A stretch of DNA of 64,000 nucleotides, from NCBI GenBank assembly GCA_951406725.2, contig OX597814.1:93744001-93808000 (forward strand), written 5' to 3'. Positions 29,655 through 43,429 of this stretch are shown here, one piece after another. This stretch comes from Octopus vulgaris. Lineage: Eukaryota. The notes below the pieces were generated by a model. The model was not told the origin of the DNA and ran no database searches. It saw only the letters and a program-made list of their open reading frames with translations. Position 1 is the stretch's first letter; every line of letters starts with the position of its first letter. The translations under genes were made by a program, and so were the position numbers.

Positions 29655-30319
29655 AATTTGCAAAAATAAAGGTATATATGTAAAGTCCATACACATATAT
29701 ATACATATAGGTAAATAAATTAAAAGAGGTTAAATGGACATCGACAGTTCAATACACGATACAAATGTTACAATAGCATGGTAAATTATTCACAATTGGT
29801 GTATTACTTACTCAGAAATCACCCACCAAACCTTTAACCACCTGAACTATTGATTATGTTTCTACTGATATTTCACATGCCTGATGAAATGACAGGCAAT
29901 TCCTTACTGCGTGATGCACCAAATATAAATATATTACCTTTGTAGGTTCTAGTGTCATTGTCCTGTCCTCTTTTTATTTTATTTCTTTGCTGCATAACTT
30001 TGGTGGCTTCTACTACCGGGATTGTAGTAAGTAGCAAAGTAGCAGAATATCGTATATCATTAAACAGCTTTGATTAAGTTATTTAATCTTGTCACCAGCA
30101 GATAAGATGTGAATAATAATTCATTTGTAATCCTACAGTTTACACCGGTAGCCAAGCTACAAGCCGGAAGCTACCGGGCTAATAAATACGATTGACAGGA
30201 GCTAAGATCCAAACTGATACATACATACGTACGTACGTACGTGCGTACGTATGCATGCATGCATGTATGTATGTATGCATGTATGTATGTATGTATGTAT
30301 GTATGTATGTATGTATGTA

Positions 30320-30353
<34 letters not shown>

Positions 30354-30882
30354 TACACACACACTTATGTGGGAATGAGGTACGTTCTTCCCACGCTGGA
30401 AACAATATAAGAGAAGTTGTTTTGGGGTTTGGAAGTGGACCTGAGTCTTGGGAAAAGTGTATTCTTTTTTATATTTTGTAACTTTTGGTAAAATGCCAAA
30501 CCAGTTTCGACAATCTTCTGTTTATCAATGATAAGTATTGAAATGAATAAAGAAAGGGTTACGGAGAGATTTAATTTTCATGGAAATATTCGGAAAAATA
30601 TGCTTGAAAGATCAATTGTTCGTAATAATTCCATTGAGTTTCACAGAGTTAGACTGTAATACAAATTCAAACGTTCGATGAGTTGCGTAACAGTCATATA
30701 TGATTGAAAGATCAATAATATCTAGTTATATGAAAATTAGGTGCGATGAAGTTTTTTAAAAAGGGGAAAAGGAAAGAATGTTTCTATATTTTTATAGTTC
30801 CTCTCACAGTGCATGAAGGAGTATTCTTCATCACCGGTTTTGCTAGTGAGATTTTGAAATGTTTTAAGTGAAAATTGGTTTG

Positions 30883-30961
<79 letters not shown>

Positions 30962-30999
30962 GTACATAAATATATCTTAAGGTAAAGGATAAAGTTCTG

Positions 31000-33460
31000 A
31001 TTCGTTGTAAATTTATAATGACGTCACTCGTTTTTGTCTGTCTATAGCCTAGTATTTTGATTAGATAGCCGCATTAATATGTCACTTGGTATACAGATGT
31101 TTTGGTACGGTATTTTTGTTTTGGCAGAAGCCCTGCTTACTGGTTGGTCGGCTTCCTGGTGACGTCATTTGTTTGTCGAATGTTTTGATCCCTTGTTCTA
31201 AAGACCCGGTGCTCTGGCTGATTGATCTTCTGCTTACGTCGTTTATTGTTGTTAAAGGACTCTGTCTGACAGTTGTTCAGGGATCTGATTGGTTGACTCC
31301 CTTAAGAAGCCACTGGTTTTGGTTGGTTCAATGCTTATTTGATTTTTTTTTTACCCCGAGGGTTCGGTTTTGACTAGAAAGCAACGTCTTTGAACCTAGG
31401 GTGACGTCAGCAATTGGTATTTGAGAAGATTTAAGGTGTTATTTACTGTAGTTTGGCGGTTGGGTTTCAAACCCTTGGGGTAGCCCGTTACTTAAACTTC
31501 TGATTTATATCTGTTGTCCCTGGCCAATTTTCGAGAATAAATTTAGTTTTCCCATTCTGGTGTGTTGCTGCAAGGTATTTAGTTGTGATATATATTTCTT
31601 AATAAGCATTTGTTTTTGGCATTTAATTGGAACGGGGCTGAAGTGATTTTGGTTTATTGAAAGAGAGGGAAAATCTGTTTTTTTGGACATTTGTTCGCGT
31701 GGCACTGATCTAGGTGTTTACTTATGGGAATTTTCTTCGCTGTCAGGTCTGTTGCTTGTGTACCATCATTCTGCCCCTCAAAGCCAAACTTGTCTGGCTT
31801 ATGTAGTATCGCACCATACCCTCCATATTTGAGAAGATAAATTAAGTTTCTCGAAGCACAGATGAAATGAATTTTTTATGCTGAATGTTTAACCTGACAT
31901 GAATTCGTATGCTGAATCCGCCATAGGGTCGATGCAAGCAGTGCAGTTACATTGTTTGACTTATGTGGGCGTATTTTTGGTGGATAATTTAGCGCTAATA
32001 AAAGAATTATATAGTCTATTACTGTTAATAATTTTGTGTATTTCGAGTGCTTTTTCCATTCGTAGGTCGGTCATCAGAAGATGTATTTTCTGATGGATGA
32101 TGTTGTTTGCCTCCATGTTTCTTGGATTGTTTGTTGATACATAAATTGAAATATAAGTGCATCAGGAGTGTTTCTTGTTTTTCGTAAACCCAGGATGTCT
32201 ATCGTTTTTGCACTTTCTGTTCCGTTATTGGTTAAACTGACCGGGTATTTTCTTTCCAATAATATATTCTTAAGTTCTTGGAGTCGTTTTTTTTTCCGGA
32301 TTTCGTGATTGGACACAATCGTGCAAATTTTTCTTGCCAAGTTAAAAAGTGTATTGATTTTAGTATGCTTTTGATAGCACGAAGAAAATTGTAAGTATTG
32401 CTTTGAGTCGGTTGGTTGAAAGTAGTTATCGGTTTCAATGTTAGCATCCCTTTAGGATTAAAATGTCCAAAAGGGTAGCTGTTTTTGACATTATCCCATT
32501 ATAAATTGGATACTGTGGTTAATGTTGTTAATCAAGTTTTTAAATTCCAAAAGTTGATAACTATTATGTGACCATAGGTTGACACAATAGTCCTGGTATC
32601 GTTTCCAGTTGACGAGTAAGTAGTTTCGGAGGTAATCGCTAAATTTTAGTGTTGTGTTATAGCATATTTAAACTTCTAAGTAAAATATCAAAAGATTAGC
32701 AAAAGTGGGGACTACCCTCGTTCCCATCGTAGTCACAGATTTTTGTGCGTAAGTGATGTGGTTTAAGTTGAAAAAGTTATTTTATACGTTGAATTTTAAT
32801 CTGTCAATGATAAATCCTTTCCCAATTCGGTCAGGTATGTCATTTTGGAAATTTTTCCAGCCAGAATTTCAGAGCTTCTCTCCCGTATTCGTATGTAATC
32901 GAAGTGTAGAGATTTATTGCAATGAATCCATACTGGTTTATTCGGGAGATGGTTTAAAAAGTCTAATTCATCTCTTATGAAGCTCAGTATATGATGAAGA
33001 ATGGGTCTTAGCAGAACGTCATTGAGGTTACTCAGTCTACATTCTTCACATGACGGAACTGCAATAATTGGTCTCAATTTGAAATCTCCGGGATGTGGAA
33101 TTTTAATAACCAATGAGGTTGACCTGCTACAGGCTTCATTTATGGCTTCACTCTTGTGGATTTTTTGATGTCCGCAAAACTTGCTGCTTTTACAGTTAAA
33201 TTTTGTGAAGAAGACCCTTTCCTTTTCCATTTAATCCTTTTGAAGTTGTTGGATGAGGGTAGTGAGTTTTTTTTAATTATGATATGTCTACAAAATTTCT
33301 GGTCATCGTTCCGTATTTCATTTTCGTTGGAATTTTGTGTTGTATTGAATTTTAGTCCTTGGGACAGAATTTTTAATTGTTGGGTTAACAGAGTGAGAGA
33401 TTCTCACATTTTGCCTATGTCATCGATTGTCTTCGTTTCCGGCCACCATGTCTAAAAAAT
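31000..33460 (-). mobile_element. Degenerate Penelope-like retroelement (RT remnant)
   Basis: Minus-strand fragments KFCGHQKIHK, FKLRPII, TMGTRVVPTFANL, NWKRYQDY (decayed RYxDD) and RLQELKNILLERKYP. Many stops and frameshifts. Confidence 0.75.
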
Positions 33461-33654
33461 GGTTCCTCGGTTTTTGGTGTATCGAACTACAGTTCTGAAT
33501 TTAACCCGTGTAACTTTAACCTCTCTTAAATCCTTTATTTATCTAGTTTTACCTACAATTGGTAACCAAAAATTATCGAGACTCAAAAGAATTTTCAAAC
33601 CCCAAACAAATTCTTATATATGTGTGTGCGTGCGCGTGTGTGTGTATTTTAATC

Positions 33655-33906
33655 AAACAAATCGATCCCCGAACTTATTTCTTAAACGTACAACTTATTC
33701 TATCAGTCTCTTTAGCCGAACCACTAAATTACGGGGACGCGAACACACCAACATCGGTTGTCAAGTGATGTTGGGGAGACAAACATAGATACAACAAAAA
33801 CACACACACTCACACACCACAAGTACACACATACATCTTTTATTCTTTTAATGGTTTCTTGTTTCAGTCATTTAACTGCGGCCATGCTGGAGCACCGCTT
33901 TAATTA

Positions 33907-33956
<50 letters not shown>

Positions 33957-34495
33957 GCGCAATGACCCAGTGGTTAGGGCAGTGGACTCGAGGTCGTAGG
34001 GTCGCGGCTTCGATTCCCAGGACAGGTGTTAATTAATGTTTATTGAGCGGAAACACCTAAAGCTCCAGGAGGCTCCGACAGAGGGTGGTGGCGAATCCTG
34101 CTGTACTATTTCCCCACAACTTTTCTTCCTGTTTCTGTTGTACCGGCATTTCAAAGGGCCAGTCTTGTCATACTCTGTATCACATTGAATCTCTCTGAGA
34201 ACTACATTAAGTGTACACGTGTATGTGATGTGCACAGCCACTTACACGTTAATTTCACGAGCAGGTTGTTCCGTTGATCGGATCAACTGGAACTCTCGTT
34301 GTCGCAACCGACGAAGTGCCACGATATACATACGATGAGCTTCTTTCAGTTCCCGTCTACCAAATCCACTCACAAGGCTTTGGTTGGCCCGAGGCTATAG
34401 TAGAGGACACATACCCAAGTTTACATGCAGTGGAACTGAACGTGAAACCGTGTGGTTGGAAAGCAAGCTTCTTACCACACAGCACGCCTGCGCCT
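33655..34495 (-). mobile_element. Fragmented SINE (5705-type) with a nested SINE
   Basis: Body at 33655-33790, tail at 33855-33900 and head at 34330-34495, all matching the other copies. Confidence 0.7.
33956..34322 (+). mobile_element. tRNA-derived SINE (third family)
   Basis: GGCGCAATGACCCAGTGGTTAGGG (A box) ... CTTCGATTCC (B box). The body matches 24672-24850 and 60030-60200. Confidence 0.8.
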
Positions 34496-34789
34496 ATGCC
34501 ACGCCTGCGCTTATGCTACGCCTGCGCCTCTTTATTTTTTGTCTACTTTTGTAATTGGTCAGTTGTTCTGGTCAGTTATTGATTTCTAGTAATTAGCTGC
34601 CAGTATATTTCTTCTTCTCTTGACCTGTGCCTCTTCTTTTGGCATCGGATTCAGAACTACTACAATGTGATTAAGAAGATTTAAGGTTACAAGAAGTGTT
34701 CTTTTGAACAGGGCAAGTTAGACTGGCAATAGTAATAGTAGTAGCAATAGCTATTGTTGATATAGTAGTTGTTGTGGTGGTGAGAGCAC

Positions 34790-34862
34790 TTATAGAAGAA
34801 GAAGAAGAAGTAGTAGTAGTAGTAGTAGTAGTAGCAGCAGCAGCAGCAGCAGCAGCAGTAGC

Positions 34863-34906
<44 letters not shown>

Positions 34907-34928
34907 CAGCAGCAGCAGCAGTAGCAGC

Positions 34929-34993
<65 letters not shown>

Positions 34994-34995
34994 CA
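34790..34995. repeat. Compound (AGA)n/(GTA)n/(GCA)n trinucleotide repeat
   Basis: Directly visible. Confidence 0.95.
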
Positions 34996-35299
34996 GCAGA
35001 CATTGTCATTGACATGGTTGCAGTTTGTGCAGTTTGGAACAAACAAAATTTCATACCATATTACAAACAATAAATGAAGTTCATAGTTTTTATGTGTTTC
35101 TGAATGGCTAATTGTAATGTATGTATGTATTTCTTCATATGTACATCATTAACCCGTTTTATTTCAAAAGTCCTTGCCTATAGAGAAAGAACCTGTTCCT
35201 AACCTAGATCCTTGGCGCCTTTCTGTATGTATGCATGCATGTATGTATGTATGTATGTATGTATGTATGTATGTATGTATGTATGTATTATGAGCCGAT

Positions 35300-36035
35300 T
35301 TGCATGTTTTCTATTCTCTTCTTCACTGATCTTCAGCTTTCCACAACTGTAAACAGTTTTTCATCTATGTCCGAAATCATTATGTCAGGTCTATTGTGTT
35401 TACATTTTGTTGAGGTTTTAACTAGGACATTCCACCAGGACTCCTTTCTATGAGTGGATAAGGCTTCTACCATACTGTTGGTTCTTATTTCTTTGTCCTT
35501 AGCGTTATCGTCCCGACAGATTTTATTATATAGTGTCCTAGTTACAACATCATATCTCATCGGTAGATAATGCCTTTGTAACTTTTTCGGACAACTGCTT
35601 ATGATGTGGGTGATATCTTCACTGTTAGCTCCATAAAGTCTGCATCAGGTGACACATTTTATTGCTTTTCCTGCTCCCTGTCCCTTTTGTGCATCATACA
35701 CTTGGTTGATATTTCCTGTTCCTGGATTGCAAACGCAAACCCTTGAACGTGGGAGGTAGTAATCCGGTTGTTGGTCCAACCTAGGCTGCTTTGGTGATTA
35801 ATGTTACTATCATCTCGGAGCTTTCTACTTACATATTCATGCATGGTCTTCTACTCATATACGCTCATCCTTTCATCTGATGACATGTTGCTGTAGTCTT
35901 ACGACTTCTTTGGGAATGTATTTAAGGTTATCAGACAAGGAATGCTGCTCAAGGAGTTGTCTTCCAATTCTTACGATCTTATCAGCTTCATGTACGCAAA
36001 CTTGGTCAAGCGATGCACTTCGATATGATACTATG
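35300..36035 (-). mobile_element. R2-group (R4/Dong-like) non-LTR retrotransposon fragment
   Basis: GFAFAIQEQEIST, and the restriction-like endonuclease motif HNRPDIMISDIDEKLFTVVE. Confidence 0.75.
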
Positions 36036-36329
36036 TACGGCATTCAAAGGCAGTTTGGATCGATATTAAGCCCCGTCCGCCTTGTTTACGTTTTTTATAG
36101 AGGTACGTATCGAACTTGGGAGCTTAATGATATACCTACCCAAAGTAAGGAAAACTTGCTAATGTTGGATAGAAATGAGGAAGTATTGAAAGCAGAGAAA
36201 AAATGAAAAAAATGAAAAAACAGTACAAAAACTGGAAAGAGAGAACACCTACGGGTTGTGAGCGCCTGACGACATACTAGGTGCCAGGAGCCTACCGGGT
36301 ATGGGTTCAATGTTTATAATACAACTATA

Positions 36330-37682
36330 AACCATCTGCTTTATATGGGCAACCTGAAGCTTGCTAGAAATGACAAAGATCTAGTAGGGTTGCTAACACT
36401 TGTTAAAGAGTTTAGCAAGGACATCGGGATGGACTTTGGCTTTGATAAGTATGCTAAAGCGACTTTTGTAACAGGCAAGCTCAGGCAAAGAGTTAACATT
36501 AAGTTAGATACCAACACTATCATACACTATCATCACGCAGCTTGACCTACCAGAAAGTTATAAATACCTGGGGATAAACGAAGGAGATGGTATACAACAT
36601 GCTACTATGAATAAAAAAATAAGTAATGGGTATTACAGGAGAATGTGACTCATACTGAAAACTGAACTGAACTCTAAAAATCGCATCGAAACCATTAACA
36701 CCTTGGCACTTCCAGTAGACCAATACAGTTTTAACATCATTAACTGGAATCTTACAGGGCTCCAACGCTTGGACAAGAAGGCAAGACATTTACTAGCATC
36801 TAAGAATATCCACCACCTAAAACAGACGTGTATCGTCTGCACGTACCTAGAAGGAAATGGGAAAGAGGAATGATGCTGGTGGAACTGTTATATAAGACCT
36901 CCCCTATAGCAATGAACAGGCACTACTGTTTGAAGAACGGTTCTGACCATAAATGCAGATTCTGTCCCACATTTGACAAAGCAATAGATCATCACGTCTC
37001 GGGATGTCCTGTGCTGACACCAAACGAATACAAAAGTCGTCAGAGTAGGGTAGCACAGTATTTACATTGGAAAATATGTAAACATTACAAATCAGCACTC
37101 CTGCTTACTGGTAATAACATCATTCTGAGCCAGTCGTTGAAGGGGAAAATGTCACTATCCTCTGGGATTTTCCAGTCAACACTGACAGAACGCTTGAGGC
37201 TAATCAATCAGACATAGTCATTAAGGACAGGGAAGAAAATACTTGCAGAATAATAAATATAAGTATTCCCACTGATAAAAATATATCTATAAAGGAATTT
37301 GACGAATTAAGTAAATATAAGGACCTGGAAATTGAAATGCAAAAGATGTGGCATCTTAAAACGAGAACTTTTCCTGCTATTGTAGGTGTCCTTTGTATGA
37401 TAAAAAAGGGATGTCAGAAGCATCTAGATAACATCCTAGGAGAACCATGTCTCAGAGAACTCAAGAAAATTGTGCTGATAAGTAATGTCCACATCCTTAG
37501 AAAAAGCCCTATCAATTTAAATGTCTGTGTTGCATCACAAGAAGATATTTCGCTACTGCCCCTGTCACTTCCCCTTCCCAAGCTTTCAGTATTACTGTAG
37601 CATGTATCTTATTCTTTACACACCATAGGACGGTGAGTGTATCTCGGCAAGTGATTTTAACAAATATGCAGATTAAAAGTAA

Positions 37683-37690
<8 letters not shown>
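36330..37690 (+). mobile_element. R4/Dong-like non-LTR retrotransposon, degenerate 3' half
   Basis: HLLYMGNLKL (decayed YMDD), YKYLG, zinc knuckle CRFCPTFDKAIDHHVSGC, KYKDLEIEMQKMW. Ends at (TAA)n. Confidence 0.85.
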
Positions 37691-38055
<365 letters not shown>

Positions 38056-38057
38056 TT

Positions 38058-39591
38058 AGACCCAGCGGAGAGCTACAAGTACCTAGGGGTAATTGAAAGG
38101 GACGGAATAAGGCATTCAGTGATGAAGGAAAGGATCAGGAGAGAATGTTATCGCAGAGTAAGTGCAATACTCAAGACAGAGCTGAATGCGACAAACAGGA
38201 TCGAAGCGATCAATGCTTTAGCCATACCAGTCGTAACTTACAGTTTCAATATCGTTAACTGGTCAATTACTGAAATATGTAATCTTGACAGAAAAATACG
38301 AAAACTGTTGACAATGCATAGAATGCACCACCCTAAGGCAGATACAGAACGACTTTATCTGCCAAGAAAAGAGGGAGGCCGTGGACTTTAACAACTGGCA
38401 ATAACAATGAAGATTGCTACAATTGGCCTAGACACCTACCTGAAAAACTCTGGGGACTGGATGTTAAAACTTGTCTCAAAACACGAAAACAAGAAAGTAT
38501 CATACTCAGTAACAAAACAGGCAAAGGAATATCTAAGTGAATTCCGAATATAACAAATTTCGGAATTAGACATACAAGAAACAAGCACAGAAAAAGCTAA
38601 GCGCATGAAAACCCGTGCTAAAACTGCGGCCTTAGATATTCTGAATGATAAATGGTAAAAACCTCTCTATGGCAAGTACCCAAAGAGAGCGAATAAAGCA
38701 AATGTTGACAAAGCCCTGACCCATCAATGTCTTAAAATCTGAAACAGAAGGGTTCATCATAGTAGCTCAAGATCAATGCCTAACAACAAGAAACTACCAG
38801 GCCAACATATTAAAGAACGGCAGTAGCCCAACATGTCCTGTATGTCAACAACAAAATGAAACCATTGATCATGTTGTCTCCAAGTGGTGTCTTCTAACGC
38901 CTACAGAGTATCTCAACAGGAATGGTAGAGCTGCACAATATATTCACTGGGTAATTTGCAAAAACCTTGATTTGCCCCATGAAAAAAACTGGTGGGAACA
39001 CAAATCACCTCCAGTGCTTGAAAATGACCATATCTTACTCTGGAACTTCAACATGCAAACTAACAAAAAGATAGATGCAAAAAGGCCAGACATCATATTG
39101 AAAGACTTCAGACAAAGAACATGCCTCCTCATTGATATGACTATCCCAATCGATATAAACGTATCTGTCAAGACCTACCAAAAACTGAGCAAATATAAAG
39201 ATCTTGAAATAGAAACCAGCAAAATGTGGAACCTGAAGACTAAAACAATACCTGTTGTCATAGGTGCCCTGTGAATGATAGCAAAAGGGAATGATTGCTA
39301 CCTAACTCAGATACCAGGAAACCCCAAAATGGCAGAAATTCAAAAGATAGTGCTCATGGGAACTGCTCATATCCTACGCAAAATGCTTTCTGTGTAATCT
39401 CAAGGTTTAAAACTAACATAATTTTCGGCTTTAAAAAAAATTTTTTTTTAGACATTCACTAGTACAACCCCCCACCACCACCAAATATGGCATACTAGGC
39501 ATAACAACAACTGAACTTCCAACCTGTTGTCTCTTGAGGTCTCTGGGTGAGACTTGGAGCCAACTTGTACAATATAAAGCAAAAGTCAAAC
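38058..39591 (+). mobile_element. R4/Dong-like non-LTR retrotransposon, 5'-truncated with 3' UTR
   Basis: YKYLGV, RLYLPRKEGGRGL, CPVCQQQNETIDHVV and RPDIILKDFRQRTCLLIDMTIP..KLSKYKDL (PD-(D/E)xK endonuclease). Followed by (TAA)n. Confidence 0.9.
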
Positions 39592-39657
<66 letters not shown>

Positions 39658-39660
<3 letters not shown>

Positions 39661-40201
39661 CAGGCAGTGGCTCTCATGGCTCCTGATCTTGCCTGATTGG
39701 AAGTGTTATCATTGTTTTGTCTTGGTATAAAAGATGGGCTACAGCAAATATTCTGCTCAATACCACAGATTTGCTTGTCAGTTGTTTGACCTTAACCAGC
39801 TGAGCATGTCCCTTGGTAGCTGACAATATGTACATCTCTGATCAAGAGCAGAAGTTTTGGGGGAAACGATCACAGTCATATGTTGAAAGAAATTCTTTGG
39901 GGTTGAATAATTCACCTTTGGAAACATTGGTAGTTTTGTTCATCATCCTTAAACAGCGCTTATTCAGGGATCTTTTGAGCGGGATGGCTACTCGACCTGA
40001 AAAAAAAAAAAAAACTAACACAGCCCCCACATGCAAGGTCATGTGCTGTTTATCTTGATTTGAGATCAGCATGTCGTGCACATATGGATGTGATGTATGT
40101 ACCCGGTGTACTCTTATCTGACGAGTAGTCATGATGCGTATACTGGGATTCGTATATTTTATCCCAGTGTCACTTTGATGGCATGCACAGCTCTTTTACT
40201 C
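39658..40201. mobile_element. Second copy of the (TAA)n-embedded non-autonomous repeat
   Basis: Colinear with 6915-7428. Confidence 0.75.
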
Positions 40202-40237
40202 AATAATAATGATAATAATAATAATATTAATAATAAT

Positions 40238-40770
40238 AGTCCCAACTTGCCGAAGATACTTTTAAAAATTCCATAAATTTCTATATCTTATATATGCTAG
40301 GTCCTCTCAAAAAGAATCTATAGTTCTATACATAAATTCGCCCACAAGCTAGAATTTTGCCGAACTTATCTGCTTTCCTCTTTGTCCCCCTTCTTTCTTT
40401 CTCTCTCTCTCTCTCCCCACTCTCTCCCCCCCTCTCTCTCTCTCCCTCTTTCCTTCTTATTTTAATGGGTTCTCAGTGCTGCTGAAATCATTCTTACATT
40501 GATATGGTCATTTAATAACTCCCACCAAAAACGAGTAAGCTTTGTCTAGTGCTTTCTATGTTTACTAAAACTGTAAGATGTTTATAAACTTCGATGTCTT
40601 AGCTCTGATAGTTAGTCTAAACTTGCCGAAAATACTTTTAAAAGTTTCATAAATTTCCATATCTTAGATAGGGCGTGTCCTCTCAAAAATATTCATAGTT
40701 CGCTCAGGCACTGGAATTTTGCGAGTTTGCCTGCCTCCCTCTTCGTTTCACTTCTCTCTCTGTCTCTTTG

Positions 40771-40824
<54 letters not shown>

Positions 40825-40983
40825 TTTCCTTCTTATTTTAATGGGTTCTCAATGCTGCTAAAATTATTCATACGATGACATGGTCACTTAATAACTCTTC
40901 CCAAAAATGAGTAAGCTTTTTGTAGTACATTTTATGTTTACTAAAGCTGGAATTTTGGCGAGATTACCTGCCTCCCTTCTCTA

Positions 40984-41015
<32 letters not shown>

Positions 41016-41620
41016 CCTTTCTTTCTCTCTCGCTATTTCTCTTTCTCTTTCTCTCCCTCTTTCCCTCTTCTTCCAATGGGTTCTTAGTGCTACTGAAATT
41101 ATTCATACGATGACATGGTTACTTAACAGCTCCCCACACAAATGAGTAAGCTTTTTCTTGTACTTTCTTTGTTTACTGATAGATTGAGATGGCTATGTCT
41201 ATTGACATTATAACTTAAATATAGAGTATTCTATCTATAAATACTATAGATAGAATACTATATGGCTTCTTAAAACTGTAAGATGTTTATAAACTTCGAT
41301 ATCTTAGCTCTGATATTTAGTCCCAACTTGTCGAAGATATATCTTAGCTATTCTAGGTTCTCTCAAAAAAATAAATACCTGATGATTTGGTGAATCTTCT
41401 TAAGTTTGCAGAGCTTCTTCATAAACAATATTTTTGGTCTTTCCTTGTGGGGCATAATAAACAAATGATTAGGATTGCCCACTCTTGAGCATCCCACATA
41501 AGGTTGGCCATGGGAGAAAACTGGTTCCGTAAGGTTCATATCTATCACGTTCAATCACTGCTCCTGGGCCTAGTTAATGCTCATTGCAAAGTTCAGTTTC
41601 AACGGTAATTACAGGCACTT
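40238..41620 (-). mobile_element. Helitron remnant: Pif1-like helicase C-terminus plus tandemly repeated downstream region
   Basis: LKLNFAMSIN and PVFSHGQPYVGCSRVG at 41460-41610. The segment TAGTCCCAACTTGCCGAAGATA recurs near 40237, 40613 and 41318. Confidence 0.75.
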
Positions 41621-41989
41621 GTATGTGTCCAATGTTTCCACAACGAAATCATTCCGCTTTCTTAAATAGGCATTAATTCTTCGTCCCCACTGTTGTAATC
41701 TATTCGTCTGATTGTTATAACGTCCACTCGAGTAGTTTAGTATAGTTAGTTAAACAAGTAAAACTACGTCTATATATGACCGTCTACTTCGTACTCTCTG
41801 CCTACAGTGACACTGACTGCCAGCATTTATAATGACTTTCACATAGTTACTCTCACGTGGGTGGGGTATACCATTATTACTATTATCTCCATAGCAATGG
41901 GCAAATATATTGCAATAAAACATGTTAAAAACAACAGTTTTCTGTTTTCACTATTTCTCTTTAAAAATGGTCACAGTGCTTCACCGTAA

Positions 41990-43330
41990 GAAAGATTATC
42001 TCATGACATTTCTTGGGTTAAATTTCTCGATTACAGCTGAAAAACCAAAGAAGTTAACCTTTTCACTATTGATGACTAAATGTACTAAGCTTTTCAATCG
42101 TTCTTTCTCTATCGAGTGTCAAATGTATTGCATAATTCGCTTTAAGACACTAAAGCTCCTCCCATGAGCGGCAAATGTTGCTGGACATGACAGAAAAGTC
42201 CGAAAGGCATTGATAACATTTAAACTAATATTAACTTTCAAGCACAAATTATAAAGTCTAAAATTCTCATTAAAAATTATTTTAAGAACAAAGAAATCAT
42301 TCAATCTGAATGTCAATTGAAATGGGATTTGAGTAAATTTGCTTAAACCGATTAACGTTTTATTACTGCCCATTCTCATTTAACTGAGTAAATTTCGAAC
42401 AAAAAATTTACAACTGTCCCCGCGAAAATTATCGGTAACAGAGACACTAATACTGAGGAACACATCCCTTCAGGGGTAACTTTCAGCGGTCTTTTTATTT
42501 GTGCACCACATATGATTAGAAAATTTATGTTCCTAATGTTGATTATCAAATATAGTATTACACTTCATTTAGTTATTAAGTATAATATCACAGCTATATC
42601 TCAGTTTCCAGATGTCTGAAATTATTCTTTGTCACATCTCATTTGGCATCACGAAATTCTGTCACGAAGTTAACTGTTTAGCTCAGTGGGAGAAATTTTA
42701 TGCAAATGACTGACATAAGTACATTTCCAAAGCTATCCATATATTCCTTGAATCTTTAGAAAATAGATAATATTAGCCGTGACGGAATGTCACTCTTGGT
42801 AAATAAATATCAAAATACACCATACCAGTGATTACTCTACTTGACTCCAATAAAGCCAGTCTCGTTTAAATAATCCCCTCACATTTCATTCCTACTGTCA
42901 AAAGAAGAGTTGGAAATAAAGTAAAAATCTATATCGTTGGAAACAAAAGTGAGGACATACAAATGATTGAGTGTCAATCATTATCCTTTTGCAACAAATC
43001 CGACCGATGATAATATGTGACGTGGAGGTTCTTTTCAGTTATGGGCTCTTTTTTTCAATTTGGCAATTGAAGTTCCACTGTATGGTCGACTAGTTTCTAA
43101 CAATTTCCTTTGAGAATATTATGATATGTATTTGAGCATTATCTTTATGAACAACCTAATAATTAAGATCATCTTATTCGCTCTGTAAATGAGTTGGCAG
43201 TATCGTCAAACTGGGAAATAATGAAGTTGCATTTTTTAAACATTTTCATGCAGTTCGGCACGCATTTTCTTTACTGCATCAATATCATATTGTTTCAGGC
43301 CCCCTACTCGAAGAACATGTTCTGGCCAAT
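41990..43330 (-). mobile_element. Degenerate hAT transposase remnant
   Basis: C-terminal dimerisation-domain-like sequence FLSCPATFAAHGRSFSVLKRIMQYI*HSIEKERLKSL. The upstream boundary is approximate. Confidence 0.65.
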
Positions 43331-43429
43331 AAAACCTGAATCAAAGAAAGTGTGTGTTCTAACAGTATGTGCTCGTAGTTCAAGAAAGATTCAGGGGGAA
43401 ATTTATAGCCATAACTATACTTTCACACG

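Noticed and set aside
29881-30072. CTGATGA with a distant AAACAGCT as a further hammerhead
   Set aside because: The GAAA box and cleavage triplet are missing and there is no stem I.
34671-35073. Poly-Thr/Ala mucin-like or poly-Val ORFs (also 37693-38096)
   Set aside because: Compound trinucleotide microsatellites with no splice context.
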